Shown here: piece by piece, positions 46,678-56,788 of the stretch
How the letters are laid out: the number at the start of each line of letters is the position of its first letter
How positions within the stretch are numbered: the stretch's first letter is position 1
Assembly: GCA_048938105.1 (NCBI GenBank)
Contig: JBHLMN010000001.1
Span: 32,001-96,000, forward strand
Direction of reading: 5' to 3'
DNA from: Promethearchaeota archaeon
GTDB lineage: Archaea; Asgardarchaeota; Heimdallarchaeia; Hodarchaeales; Hodarchaeaceae
Length of the DNA stretch: 64,000 nt
The notes under the pieces: model-generated
What the model was told of the DNA's origin: nothing
Databases searched by the model: none
Seen by the model: only the letters and a program-made list of their open reading frames with translations
Translations under genes and position numbers: made by a program

Positions 46678-48489
46678 GTGAACACGCACATTTCAAGATT
46701 AATTATACATCCCACTGTTCGTCCTCAACAGCAACGTACTTTTAATGCTATTTCACAAAAATGGTCTCAATATAACTCTTTTTTTTGTTCACTCCCGACA
46801 GGATCTGGGAAAACCGATCTTGCTGCATGTATTATATCAGATTATCTTCAAACCAACTCATCAGATAAGATAGATATTTTGGTTCCCTATCGGATGCATC
46901 AAGATTTTTGGTTCAACATCTTACAGAAGTATGCTCGAAAACATGATTTTTCCGTTGCTTTATTAAAGGGAAGATCAGCATATTATTGTCCAATTATACG
47001 TTCAGGAGCAAATATCTCCCCTTGTGCATTTGATCCTTACTATGCTCAGAATTGTCGTTCAAAACGGCAGTGTCCTTTATTAAAAGCTCGACAACAAATC
47101 CGAAGAAGCCAAGTTCGAATTTTAAACTGGTGGGTCTTTAAATACGTAGATTTGGGGGAAGATAAAGCGACTTTCCGAATATTTGATGAAGCACATAATT
47201 TATTCAATCTAGAAAATTTATTGCGTGTGGAAATCAATAAGTCTTTTTTATTTAACATTACCCAAGACCAGGAATTATTGACCAAGTTTGTGAATTGGGA
47301 AAACAAGCTTAAGAAACGCCAATGGATTGAAGTAAAGCAAGATACAGGATTAAATTTCATACGACAACTCCAAGCTGTCTTAACTGAACGTGAAAGAAAC
47401 ATCGCCAAAATGTTGAATGAAAGTTCTCAGATTACCATTAAACTTGATTTGTTAAGAGAACTCCAAAAGATCACGGAGATGGTTGCTGCTCTTTCTGATT
47501 TAATTGCTAATCCCGTATCTTCAGATCTAACATTCTTTTTTCAACGTGACAAGTCAAAAAAACAAGTTCAACTTATTATTCAACCCTTTGAAATCGCATA
47601 CATTTTTACCCAATTATTTAGTGGAAGTAAGAACCTATTTTTGTCAGCAACAATTGGGGATGGTGAATACCTAGCTAAGTTACTTGGATTAAATACCCAA
47701 TATTGTCATTATATACATGAAGACTCCTCATTTGATAAAAAAAATCACCCTTTCATACTGTTGGAGGAAGCAGAGAAGCTTTCGACCGCAACTAGTGAGA
47801 AAAAGGGAAAATCATTTCAAATTATAAAAAATCAATCTCAAACTTTTCTTGATTTATTGAAACAACACCATTTACGTGCTTTGATTCTAACTTCTAGTTT
47901 TGAATTAGCTAATCTGATGTACGGACTTGCGAGGTCAAAACAGCTTGAAGTTATTACACATTCAGCTGGAAAATCAGACAAAGCTATTAAGAGTTTCATA
48001 TCAAATCGTCAAGGAGACGTTCTAATTACTCCTTCAGGGTGGGAAGGGATTTCCTTAGATGATGACCTAGCACGATTATGTATAATTCCAAAATTACCTT
48101 TTCCAATGTTGAGAGATCCAATTATTCAGAAAAAGGCTAAAAAGTATCCTCAATTCCTTGAGAACGACGTTTTAATATCAATACAACAAGCTCACGGTAG
48201 GATTCAACGAAATAGTGCAGATTGGGGAATATCTGTTTGTTTGGATGGAAATTTTCGATGGCTTAAAAGAAAACGAGCGAAGAGTCTAGAACCGTGGTTT
48301 TCAAACAGGATTCATGAAATCTCAATGTTGGAAGCAAAAAAGCTAATTCTTCAGTTGATTTCAGAACAAAGATTGGAAAAAACATCTAAATTATTATCAA
48401 AAACAAAAGCCCCAGCTTTTTCACGAATGAGTAAGAAAGATAGGGAATGGTTAGAATCAAGCGGTTTGGGAGATTTATTGAAAAAATGA
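46678..48489 (+). CDS. DinG/Rad3/XPD-family SF2 helicase with Fe-S cluster cysteines
   Basis: RPQQ (Q motif), LPTGSGKT, LKGRSAYYC plus three more Cys, FDEAHN, LSAT, WEGIS, KLPFP, QAHGRIQR. Confidence 0.88.
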   Translation: MNTHISRLIIHPTVRPQQQRTFNAISQKWSQYNSFFCSLPTGSGKTDLAACIISDYLQTNSSDKIDILVPYRMHQDFWFNILQKYARKHDFSVALLKGRSAYYCPIIRSGANISPCAFDPYYAQNCRSKRQCPLLKARQQIRRSQVRILNWWVFKYVDLGEDKATFRIFDEAHNLFNLENLLRVEINKSFLFNITQDQELLTKFVNWENKLKKRQWIEVKQDTGLNFIRQLQAVLTERERNIAKMLNESSQITIKLDLLRELQKITEMVAALSDLIANPVSSDLTFFFQRDKSKKQVQLIIQPFEIAYIFTQLFSGSKNLFLSATIGDGEYLAKLLGLNTQYCHYIHEDSSFDKKNHPFILLEEAEKLSTATSEKKGKSFQIIKNQSQTFLDLLKQHHLRALILTSSFELANLMYGLARSKQLEVITHSAGKSDKAIKSFISNRQGDVLITPSGWEGISLDDDLARLCIIPKLPFPMLRDPIIQKKAKKYPQFLENDVLISIQQAHGRIQRNSADWGISVCLDGNFRWLKRKRAKSLEPWFSNRIHEISMLEAKKLILQLISEQRLEKTSKLLSKTKAPAFSRMSKKDREWLESSGLGDLLKK

Positions 48490-48656
48490 TCCTCATTTTG
48501 TTATTGAATTTCCTTTGCACAAGTCAATAAAACAAGTCTTATATTAAGAACAGGTTAAGTTAAATTTATAAAATTCCTAGTTAAATGATAACCTCAGATT
48601 TGATAAATCCACCAAATAAAAACATATTTAAGAGTAAATCGAGAAAAGAATCGCTA

Positions 48657-48918
48657 GGATCTATGACTAAGACGGGTCTAGTGTCAACGGGTGCAAAACC
48701 TTGCTCTTCGCATTCATCCCGGTAAGAATGGGAAATGGTCAGGTGGGCAGACAATTTTGGCCTAGACATCCCAACCGAATCACAGGAAGTCATGATTACC
48801 AGTAGAGTTAAAAATAAGCATTCCTGAAAGTTTGGTGAACAAACAGACAGGATAGAGGGCATAGGGTTATGCCCAATATGATGGAGGTTCGTATCGGTAA
48901 CGAGCTAGCTGATGATCC
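48657..48918 (+). ncRNA. Candidate structured ncRNA of unknown family (~260 nt)
   Basis: GC-richer intergenic island with a TATA-like TATTTAAG at 48625-48632, terminal GGATC/GATCC pairing and several clean hairpins. Confidence 0.5.
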
Positions 48919-48990
48919 CATGTGAATACAAATGTCTATCTTTTATAGCATTTGTGATAACCTGTATACATATATTGTGGTGAAAGCGAA

Positions 48991-49842
48991 TTGTATTTTT
49001 CCTTATTCCCTCCAATATCGATTGAGGGGCCAACAACGGAGAAAAACTTAGATATACCTGGACTAGAAGCGCTGAAATCTGTTCAGGTTTCGCCTGATAA
49101 GGTTAGTTGTGTCCTTGATATCGATGGTAGTACCCGAACAATCGATGTGATTAATTTCAATGATCCCAGTCCAGACATAAACCACCGTATTGAAATCGAT
49201 GATAAATTTCCTTTAGAGCTCATGCCACTTGTAACAATAGAGTTATTAGAAGATTTAGCTCAGAAAATTGGAGGATATACCCTAATTTTTACAAACCCTC
49301 CCGAAGCTGGATATTTCGAATTCTACCGTGGAGATTTTTATCCTATTTCCATTCGTGGAACTGATAAACAGCTTTATGCTTCCACTGCTGAACTACGGCC
49401 TCTAAGAAATGATTATTTCGTCGCATTGAACAGTTTGCTTGAAATTGATTTCGAGTCACAGCTCGAAACCTCTCTCGCAACCTTTTCTGAAAATGTCCTT
49501 AAACCAATGTCTACAACAATGGATGAAGTTTTCTCTTTGGATAATGAGTTAGATTCTGATGACTCAATTGTCAATATCATTGGTAGTGATTTTAAGCGAC
49601 TTATTTCCCGAACAGATCAGCTTATCACCATTGTTAGTTATCATATGGATCAAACAGCAGAACGGAATAAAGCCTTCCTCCGTTTAACTCTACCTCTGAT
49701 GTTAAAACAAGCCCTCCTTGAGAACTTTACAGAATATCTCCAATTTGAAGCGGAAAATTCTGAGCTTAGACTAAAAATCATTAAACGAAAGAGCCTAGCC
49801 GTTGAAGACCTTTTGAATCTAATTTTGAAATCTCTTCAATAA
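48991..49842 (+). CDS. Hypothetical protein
   Basis: 283-aa acidic ORF co-oriented with ade; no family recognised. Confidence 0.65.
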   Translation: MYFSLFPPISIEGPTTEKNLDIPGLEALKSVQVSPDKVSCVLDIDGSTRTIDVINFNDPSPDINHRIEIDDKFPLELMPLVTIELLEDLAQKIGGYTLIFTNPPEAGYFEFYRGDFYPISIRGTDKQLYASTAELRPLRNDYFVALNSLLEIDFESQLETSLATFSENVLKPMSTTMDEVFSLDNELDSDDSIVNIIGSDFKRLISRTDQLITIVSYHMDQTAERNKAFLRLTLPLMLKQALLENFTEYLQFEAENSELRLKIIKRKSLAVEDLLNLILKSLQ

Positions 49843-49872
49843 TTTAGGATATTCTTCTTAATTTTTGGAGCT

Positions 49873-51654
49873 TTGGTTAAATTGAACATTTCTTCCCTTA
49901 AAGAATTGATCTCTTGCGCGCGTGGTGAAATACCTTCCAATTTGCTAATTCGAGGGGGAACACTGGCAAATGTGATTACTCGAGAATTGTATAAAGCAGA
50001 TATAGCAATTTGTGGTAACCGTATAGCGAATGTCGCAGAACCAAACTCATTAGATCCAGAAAATTGCCATAAAGTGATTGATATTCAAGGTAAATACGTG
50101 TCACCTGGCCTTATTGAGTCTCACCTTCACATTGAAAGCACAATGTTACCACCAACGGAATTTGCCAAGGTTGTGGTTCCCCGAGGAACGACTACTGTAC
50201 TCCTAGATCCACATGAAATTGGTAATGCTTTAGGAGTAAGAGGACTTCAACTTCTTCTCAATCAATCCGAAAATCTTCCTTTACGATTTCTAATTGAAAT
50301 ACCATCTTGTGTGCCTGCAGCACCAGGTTTAGAAACTTCAGCTCATAATATTGATTCTAAAATAATAAAAAAGCTCATTGAGAATGAACCTCGTTTTTTT
50401 GGCCTTGGAGAAGTAATGAATTACCCAGGAGTACTTTTCAAAGACGATGAATTATTAACTAAAGTTAAATTAGGTTCTAAACTTAATATTGTGGATGGTC
50501 ATAGCCCTGGCGTCTCTGGTAGAGATTTAGATGCCTATATAGCAGCTGGTATAGAGTCGGACCACGAAAGTACTACAGCAGATGAATTTCTGGAAAAATT
50601 ACGTAAAGGTATGAAAGTTATGGCAAGAGAGGGATCTCTAACTAAAGACCTAAGAAATCTATTGAAAGCAGTTAAAGGTACCAATTTAGATCTGAGAAAT
50701 TGCCTCATAGCATCAGATGATCGTAATGTCATTGATCTTTTAGAAAATGGGCATTTGGATAATCAATTAAGGATCGCTGTTGAAGAAGAAATCCCTCCAT
50801 TATCAGCATTACAAATGGCTACCATCAACCCAGCAACATATTTTGGGTTAGATCACAAGCTCGGAAGCATCGCTCCTGGAAAAATTGCTGATATAGTTGT
50901 TTTTGAGGACCTACGACAATTTCAAATAAATTCAGTCATTTTTGGCGGAAAGATCGTCTTTCAAGACAAAACACTGAATTGGAAGTTTCCTGAACCTAAT
51001 TTTCCACAGTGGGCTATTGATACGGTAAAATTAACACAACCAATCACCCCAGAAGCATTTCGCGCAACAGTCGCACTTTCAGATGGAACGTATCAAACTC
51101 GAGTTATTGGTGTCCTACCGCACTCAGTGATTACTGAAGCATTAGTAGAAAATCTCAAAGTGGAAAATGGATGGATACATCCTGACCCTGAGAAAGACAT
51201 CCTATCATTGTCAGTCATTGAGCGTTATGGGATTAATGGTAATATTGCGAATGCTTTTGTCAAAGGATTTCGTATTACATCTAAGGATTTTGCAATGGCA
51301 ACAACAGTAGCCCACGATTGCCACAACCTCATCGTAACGGGAACTGATCATATCATAATGACCAAAGCAGTTGAAATATTGCATCAAATCAAGGGAGGAT
51401 ACATTGTTATCATGGGAGATAAAATCCAAAAGCTCCCCCTTTCTTATGGTGGCTTAATGAGCATAGAACCATTTATGGTTCTTTTTAATCAATTAACTGA
51501 GTTGAATAATGTTTTCTCTGAAATTACTGAATTTGATGAGCCCTTAATGGCGTTATCATTTATGGCTCTCTCTGTTATACCTCATTTAAAGCTTACAGAC
51601 AAAGGGCTTGTAGATGTTGATAGTTTCACCTTCACTGACCTTATTATCCAATAA
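49873..51654 (+). CDS. ade: Adenine deaminase
   Basis: PGLIESHLHIESTM, DPHEIGN, GLGEVMNYPGV, DGHSP, SDHES, REGS, TVAHDCHN, VIPHLKLTDKGL. Confidence 0.95.
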   Translation: MVKLNISSLKELISCARGEIPSNLLIRGGTLANVITRELYKADIAICGNRIANVAEPNSLDPENCHKVIDIQGKYVSPGLIESHLHIESTMLPPTEFAKVVVPRGTTTVLLDPHEIGNALGVRGLQLLLNQSENLPLRFLIEIPSCVPAAPGLETSAHNIDSKIIKKLIENEPRFFGLGEVMNYPGVLFKDDELLTKVKLGSKLNIVDGHSPGVSGRDLDAYIAAGIESDHESTTADEFLEKLRKGMKVMAREGSLTKDLRNLLKAVKGTNLDLRNCLIASDDRNVIDLLENGHLDNQLRIAVEEEIPPLSALQMATINPATYFGLDHKLGSIAPGKIADIVVFEDLRQFQINSVIFGGKIVFQDKTLNWKFPEPNFPQWAIDTVKLTQPITPEAFRATVALSDGTYQTRVIGVLPHSVITEALVENLKVENGWIHPDPEKDILSLSVIERYGINGNIANAFVKGFRITSKDFAMATTVAHDCHNLIVTGTDHIIMTKAVEILHQIKGGYIVIMGDKIQKLPLSYGGLMSIEPFMVLFNQLTELNNVFSEITEFDEPLMALSFMALSVIPHLKLTDKGLVDVDSFTFTDLIIQ

Positions 51655-51723
51655 TTTTAAATAACGGTTTCCTTCCTTGTTTAGTGAAACCTTATATAGG
51701 AAATACTAGGAGGAGATGCCCAA

Positions 51724-52098
51724 ATGAAAGTCCAAAAGCATTGTATATATAATCTAGATTTTTCCTATACCCGAATTACAGCAAATCAAAACGAAATTGA
51801 TTTTCGAGGTGTCCTTAGCTACCATATTAAAGGCCTAGAATTACTCAAAGAGTCTACAAGAGGGCTTTTAGAACTTGATTCAGTAAACATTTTCCTCTTC
51901 TTTCAAGTTCAGCGTCATATAGATCTTGTACTTAATGATGTAGATGAAAATGATGTTGTAAACCAGCGGCCTATAATTATTAACAGGCTGAAAATGATTC
52001 TTCGTCGTGAATTAATTGATATTGGACTTGAACTAGTGGATTTCAAGCGAATATCACTTTGGTGTTATGGTGCAGCGGATCGAGGAGTGGAATTCTAA
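51724..52098 (+). CDS. Hypothetical protein
   Basis: 124-aa ORF with AGGAGGAG upstream. Confidence 0.65.
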   Translation: MKVQKHCIYNLDFSYTRITANQNEIDFRGVLSYHIKGLELLKESTRGLLELDSVNIFLFFQVQRHIDLVLNDVDENDVVNQRPIIINRLKMILRRELIDIGLELVDFKRISLWCYGAADRGVEF

Positions 52099-52412
52099 CA
52101 TTTTAGGAATCTTCCAAATTCTCAAGGAAGGAACGACACATTTCCAAGCTTTAATAGACTTCTCCTAGGAAAAAGTTCAATGTAGCTGATTACAATTAGA
52201 GTTGTAGATCATTTTTAGTACTAAAAGACTGTTAGGGGGTAATTAAACTATTTTTCATTAGGATATTTTATCCAATGATATATAAAGCCGTTTTAAAGAG
52301 GATTCCCTCCCAACCATAAAATGATAATAAACTCCCTAAGCCTTTTTATCCTCAAGATTACCTTTCAAGAAACTGAGAGCAATTTAATCATAAAATGCGT
52401 GAATTGGTTTAA

Positions 52413-52955
52413 ATGCCTTTGATTATGATGACTGGATTACCAGGTACAGGGAAAACCTATTTGGCGCTAAACCTAATTGAATCTCTATTACATCATTACA
52501 TCTATTTGAGTACTGACAACATTCGAAGAAATCTTTTTGATTTCTCTCATCATCAATATGTGCCCTTTGGAGATAAATTATACACCCAAGAAAAGCGTGA
52601 TCTTGTTTATAATGCATTATATTTAATTACTGACATTTTATTAACTCAACAACTTTCTGTAATAGTAGATGGTACTTTTTACTCCCAAACAAAAAGACAA
52701 CCACTTTTCACAATTTGCCAGCGGTTAAATCAGAAGTTGATTATCATCAAAACAATCTGTTCTGAGGATAAAATCAAACAACGAATCCAAGGACGAAAAA
52801 CACAAGTAGAAAATACCAGTGATGCTGATTTTAATATTTATATGGAAATCAAAGAAAGATTTGAACCAATAATTCCACCCCATTTAGAAATTAATACAGA
52901 AAAGAATCTACCGTTAATTCTTAAGGAAGTGAAAGCTTATATTGACAGCTTTTAA
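52413..52955 (+). CDS. P-loop kinase (AAA_33/gluconate-kinase-like)
   Basis: GLPGTGKT, LSTDNIRR, VIVDGTF, SDAD. Confidence 0.85.
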   Translation: MPLIMMTGLPGTGKTYLALNLIESLLHHYIYLSTDNIRRNLFDFSHHQYVPFGDKLYTQEKRDLVYNALYLITDILLTQQLSVIVDGTFYSQTKRQPLFTICQRLNQKLIIIKTICSEDKIKQRIQGRKTQVENTSDADFNIYMEIKERFEPIIPPHLEINTEKNLPLILKEVKAYIDSF

Positions 52956-53922
52956 TCCTAGTATGTTAAAGGCACCTTCAGCTTATGATCATCCCATTGA
53001 ATCAATAGAGATACGAGAAACACATATCTCTTGGGTGTTTTTAACTGGACCTTTTGCTTACAAAGTAAAAAAGCCTGTAAAATTCGGAGATATTCTCGAT
53101 TTCTCTACCCTGGATTTACGCAAGAAATTCTGTTACAAAGAAATTGAGTTAAACAGACGATTTTCTCCAGAAATCTATATTGATGTCTTTTCAATTAATT
53201 CAGAGGGTAGGATCGCTGGATCAGGAGAGATCGTGGAATATGGGGTAAAAATGAAACAACTTCCAGAAGAATGTTTAATGAAAAATGTTTTGATGAAAAA
53301 AAGAGTAACAACCGCTACCATTGAAAAAATTGCAATGGTGCTTGCGGATTTCCATAAAAAAACTGTAAAAGTCCCTGAATGGGGTAAATTAAAATATATC
53401 TGGGAAAAGTGGGATGAAAATTTCCGGACTACAGCCCAATTTCGCACTGAAAGCGAAGAATTTCAAAATCAGATCTTTGGTTTCATGCGGGGAAATAAAG
53501 GCTTATTTCAAGAACGTATTAATGATGAACGAATAACGGATAACCATGGAGATCTTTGTAGTAATAATATTTTCATTGTACATGAAGAGGAGATCAAAAT
53601 TTTTGATTGTATTGAGTTTAATCCTCTATTACGATATGGGGATGTGTGTGAAGATGTAGGATTTTTAGCAATGGATCTCGATTATTGGGGAGAATCGAAA
53701 TTATCAAAACATTTTATAAATAAATATGTCGAATATAGCGGAGATGAATTATTACCAGAGATTATAGATTTCTTTAAATGCTATCGTGCATATGTTAGGG
53801 GAAAAGTATATGGGTTTCAAGCAATGAATGAATCCAATCTTCAAAAAAAGGAAGAACAAATAACTCTTTCAAACCGATATTATAATTTAGCACACACATA
53901 CGTCTTAAATTTTGCAAAATAA
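52942..53922 (+). CDS. APH-like phosphotransferase (Rv2004c N-terminal type)
   Basis: ETHISWVFL, YKVKKPV, DFSTL, HGDL, FDCIEFN, YRAYVRGKV. Confidence 0.85.
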   Translation: MTAFNPSMLKAPSAYDHPIESIEIRETHISWVFLTGPFAYKVKKPVKFGDILDFSTLDLRKKFCYKEIELNRRFSPEIYIDVFSINSEGRIAGSGEIVEYGVKMKQLPEECLMKNVLMKKRVTTATIEKIAMVLADFHKKTVKVPEWGKLKYIWEKWDENFRTTAQFRTESEEFQNQIFGFMRGNKGLFQERINDERITDNHGDLCSNNIFIVHEEEIKIFDCIEFNPLLRYGDVCEDVGFLAMDLDYWGESKLSKHFINKYVEYSGDELLPEIIDFFKCYRAYVRGKVYGFQAMNESNLQKKEEQITLSNRYYNLAHTYVLNFAK

Positions 53923-53995
53923 AAAAAATGCTTACAATACCATTTCACATCTTATACATGTAATATGCTTGTTTTTGAAGCCGATTTAAGAAGAA

Positions 53996-54982
53996 TCACT
54001 CGGATTTCTGGGTTATTTTAACTTCGAAAGCACGTAAAGTCACCTGTTCCAAGCTCGGTGAATATTGTTGATTCTCACGTGTTTCAACTGCATATGATGC
54101 AAGAGCAGAACCAATTTTAGCAGCCTCATCAATTGGTTTCTTTAATGATATACCGTAGACAAGACCCGCGCGGAATGCATCCCACCAAAACTCTTCTGCC
54201 AGAACTTCTTCTGCTGGACCTTTAGACACTTTCATCTTAAATTCCTTAGAATGGATTACGATTTTTGATCTCTCTACCATAGAAACAATATATATTAACC
54301 GTCTTGAATTTGCTAATATCTCATTACTTGTTTGTTTCATCCGTTCTTCTATTATCTCCAGTTCTTTTTCTGTACAAACCAACACCGTGATTTTATCAAG
54401 GATTTGAGATAATCTCCATTTGACCAATTCATTCATATTCAGATCTGGAGAGTAGACTACAGGAACTCTATTAGCCTGTTCTTGTACCTTTGAAATAAAT
54501 TTAATATCAGCCTCAACCTTTCCTGTCCCAACGAATATAGTATCAAGAGTTTGAAACTCACTTGATTCAAGTTGCTCTGCTAAATTTCTTTCAGCAAAGA
54601 ATCGATAACTATTTTCTTGATCAACAATAAGAATTTTATCCTGTTCATCTTTTATTCTGTAATAACAAGCAGTCTCTTTTTCTGGATGAGTAAAAACTCT
54701 CACGTCAATTCCTGTTTTTTCCAGGTGGGGACGAAAGATCCAATCAAAGTCAGGCCCTACCTGGGATACAATAATCGGATGTGATCCTAAAATTGCCAGA
54801 CCATAAGCGACATTTGCACCCATTCCACCAAATGTTCGTTTAACGTCAGTACCAACTGTAGTAGGATTCTTATTATCCTTATTACATAGAATAGAAAACT
54901 CAGATGAAATAGAGAAGTCAAAATGATAAGTGACCTTTCCTATTACCAGAATCTGTGCCACAAGACCACTTCTTTTAAACAT
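53996..54982 (-). CDS. PfkB/ribokinase-family protein with degenerate C-terminal signature
   Basis: FGGMGANVAYGLA and VGPDF are present, but the expected D-x-x-GAGD is replaced by EEFWWDAFRAG. Confidence 0.75.
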   Translation of the reverse strand: MFKRSGLVAQILVIGKVTYHFDFSISSEFSILCNKDNKNPTTVGTDVKRTFGGMGANVAYGLAILGSHPIIVSQVGPDFDWIFRPHLEKTGIDVRVFTHPEKETACYYRIKDEQDKILIVDQENSYRFFAERNLAEQLESSEFQTLDTIFVGTGKVEADIKFISKVQEQANRVPVVYSPDLNMNELVKWRLSQILDKITVLVCTEKELEIIEERMKQTSNEILANSRRLIYIVSMVERSKIVIHSKEFKMKVSKGPAEEVLAEEFWWDAFRAGLVYGISLKKPIDEAAKIGSALASYAVETRENQQYSPSLEQVTLRAFEVKITQKSE

Positions 54983-55003
54983 TGAAGTTGTGAATTTCTA
55001 AGT

Positions 55004-55915
55004 TTAATTATTCTTTAATATCGCAATTGAAGCATAACCAACAACTGCACTTTTAGATCCACAAGTCAACCCGCTAGTTGAATAGTTTAGCAATTTAGCT
55101 GATTTCGCCTGTAATCTCTCAGTGAATGAAAGAAGAACTTTAACAGGCCCCACTCCGCACATTGATATGTTATTTTTTTGTACTGCTTCCTCCAATCCTT
55201 CAGGATCTCGATTTAACAAGGGTTTCAAAGCAAACTTATCAAGTGTAGAGACTTGATCGTGATTAAGAATAGGGAAATAATTGCCATGAGTCATATCAGT
55301 ACTAGCAATAGCGATTGTTGAATCTTCAATTCCTTCCTCCTTGATTAGATCAGCTAAATAACTCCCAAAAGATTGAGTAAGACTTGTCGGTAAGTAACCA
55401 ATCGCAATTGGGGCTATTTTAAAGTCTGAAAAAATATCTTGGAGAAAGGGAATCTGTAATTCAATTGAATGCTCGTCCATATGAGCTGTTTCGTCAAAAT
55501 CTATCATTTGTGCCAATTGATCGGGTAATTGATCCTTATTTTCAACTAATTTTCTTAATAATAGCATATTTACTGGAACTTGGCCAAGGGGGGTGTTCCA
55601 GGCATCATAAGGGGCAACTGAAATTTCTGGTCCACGGTGAGAATGTTTATTTCCAAGTAATACCGCTGTATCGATTTCCTTACGATCTTCCGCTAAGGCT
55701 AAAAATCCATGAACAGCAGTGGGAGCAGAGCATGCATAACCAGCATGAGGTGAGACTATCCCCAAAATATTCTTAACGTTTTTCCTTTGATCTAGTGCTA
55801 ATGGTTTTCGGCCTGGGCCTACTTTATGGGAGTACATCGAATGAATTTCATTAATTAGCCGATCTTTTTGGCCAGAATACCAACTACCAGCACGCACAGC
55901 AGCACGAACTCGCAT
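55004..55915 (-). CDS. amrB: MEMO1-family protein (AmmeMemoRadiSam system protein B)
   Basis: AGSWY, VSPHAGY, TPLG, EHSIELQIPFLQ, IASTDMTH, SMCG, VVGYAS. Confidence 0.92.
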   Translation of the reverse strand: MRVRAAVRAGSWYSGQKDRLINEIHSMYSHKVGPGRKPLALDQRKNVKNILGIVSPHAGYACSAPTAVHGFLALAEDRKEIDTAVLLGNKHSHRGPEISVAPYDAWNTPLGQVPVNMLLLRKLVENKDQLPDQLAQMIDFDETAHMDEHSIELQIPFLQDIFSDFKIAPIAIGYLPTSLTQSFGSYLADLIKEEGIEDSTIAIASTDMTHGNYFPILNHDQVSTLDKFALKPLLNRDPEGLEEAVQKNNISMCGVGPVKVLLSFTERLQAKSAKLLNYSTSGLTCGSKSAVVGYASIAILKNN

Positions 55916-56198
55916 ATTAATTTCAACTCATGATTTGAATTTTTAAAATAGCGTTTTTTTGAAATCGATTGAGTCAGTGCTGGGATGATTTTAAAGTGTT
56001 TTGTAGGCCAATTCTAATACTGATTTATTCCAAAAATTCCTTAAAATTGAAAGATCTTTCACAATGGAGGAATTTCATTTTAGAACTTATAATTTCTATT
56101 GGACCTTGTTACTTCTACTCTAAATTGAAAAAAAATCTAATTTTAATTTCCCCAACTTCAAGCGTTAAAACAATTAAATAATTACTGGAAGTGACTTC

Positions 56199-56681
56199 CT
56201 ATTTCTTAACTACTTGAAAATGCTTTCCTTTCATGATTCCATACTGTTGAATTAAATCTCTATTCTTAGACTTAAATTTAAAATCACCAGTATCCTTGCG
56301 TAAAAATCCTACATAAAATTCTTTTTCATCCTTTTCTAACCATAAATGTATGAAATTTGCAAATTGTGGGTCATCAGATGGTTTTATGCTAAATTTACCT
56401 AGATTTTGTCCTTCGTCTGTAATTTTGAGAGAATACTCAATAACTGGTTTTTCTTCTGTCGATACTTTACGTGGTTTTGTTTTTTCTCTTAATTTCTTCT
56501 CTTCTTCGTCTAAATAAGCAATAGCTAATTGTGTTGCCTCTTTAATTGCATCTTTCATTACTGAGGGATCACTAACATCCAACTCATACTCTATGAAGAT
56601 CTCTTCAGGTTCAAATTGCCTCACTTGAATTTTACGACTCCTCCCTATACGTTTAGGCATTATACGCCATTTATCTTTCAT
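56199..56681 (-). CDS. Hypothetical protein
   Basis: 160-aa ORF; two apparent small domains joined by a charged linker. Confidence 0.6.
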   Translation of the reverse strand: MKDKWRIMPKRIGRSRKIQVRQFEPEEIFIEYELDVSDPSVMKDAIKEATQLAIAYLDEEEKKLREKTKPRKVSTEEKPVIEYSLKITDEGQNLGKFSIKPSDDPQFANFIHLWLEKDEKEFYVGFLRKDTGDFKFKSKNRDLIQQYGIMKGKHFQVVKK

Positions 56682-56788
56682 GGGGTTCCCACCTTGGCCT
56701 TTAAAGAATTCTTTTACTACTTTTTTATTGCTAATGAAGTTCAGCTAATGAATTAAGTTATAAGTTTTATACTCATATCTTTTTTAAC

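Noticed and set aside
48581-48862. 93-aa minus-strand ORF
   Set aside because: No recognisable motifs, opposite to both neighbours, and it overlaps the better-supported structured RNA candidate.
48657-48918. Assignment as RNase P RNA, SRP RNA, tRNA or group I intron
   Set aside because: The diagnostic conserved motifs were not found on either strand by eye, so it is left unassigned.
55925-56181. Imperfect inverted repeat and a 70-aa + strand ORF upstream of amrB
   Set aside because: Very AT-rich intergenic DNA where such pairing and short ORFs arise by chance.
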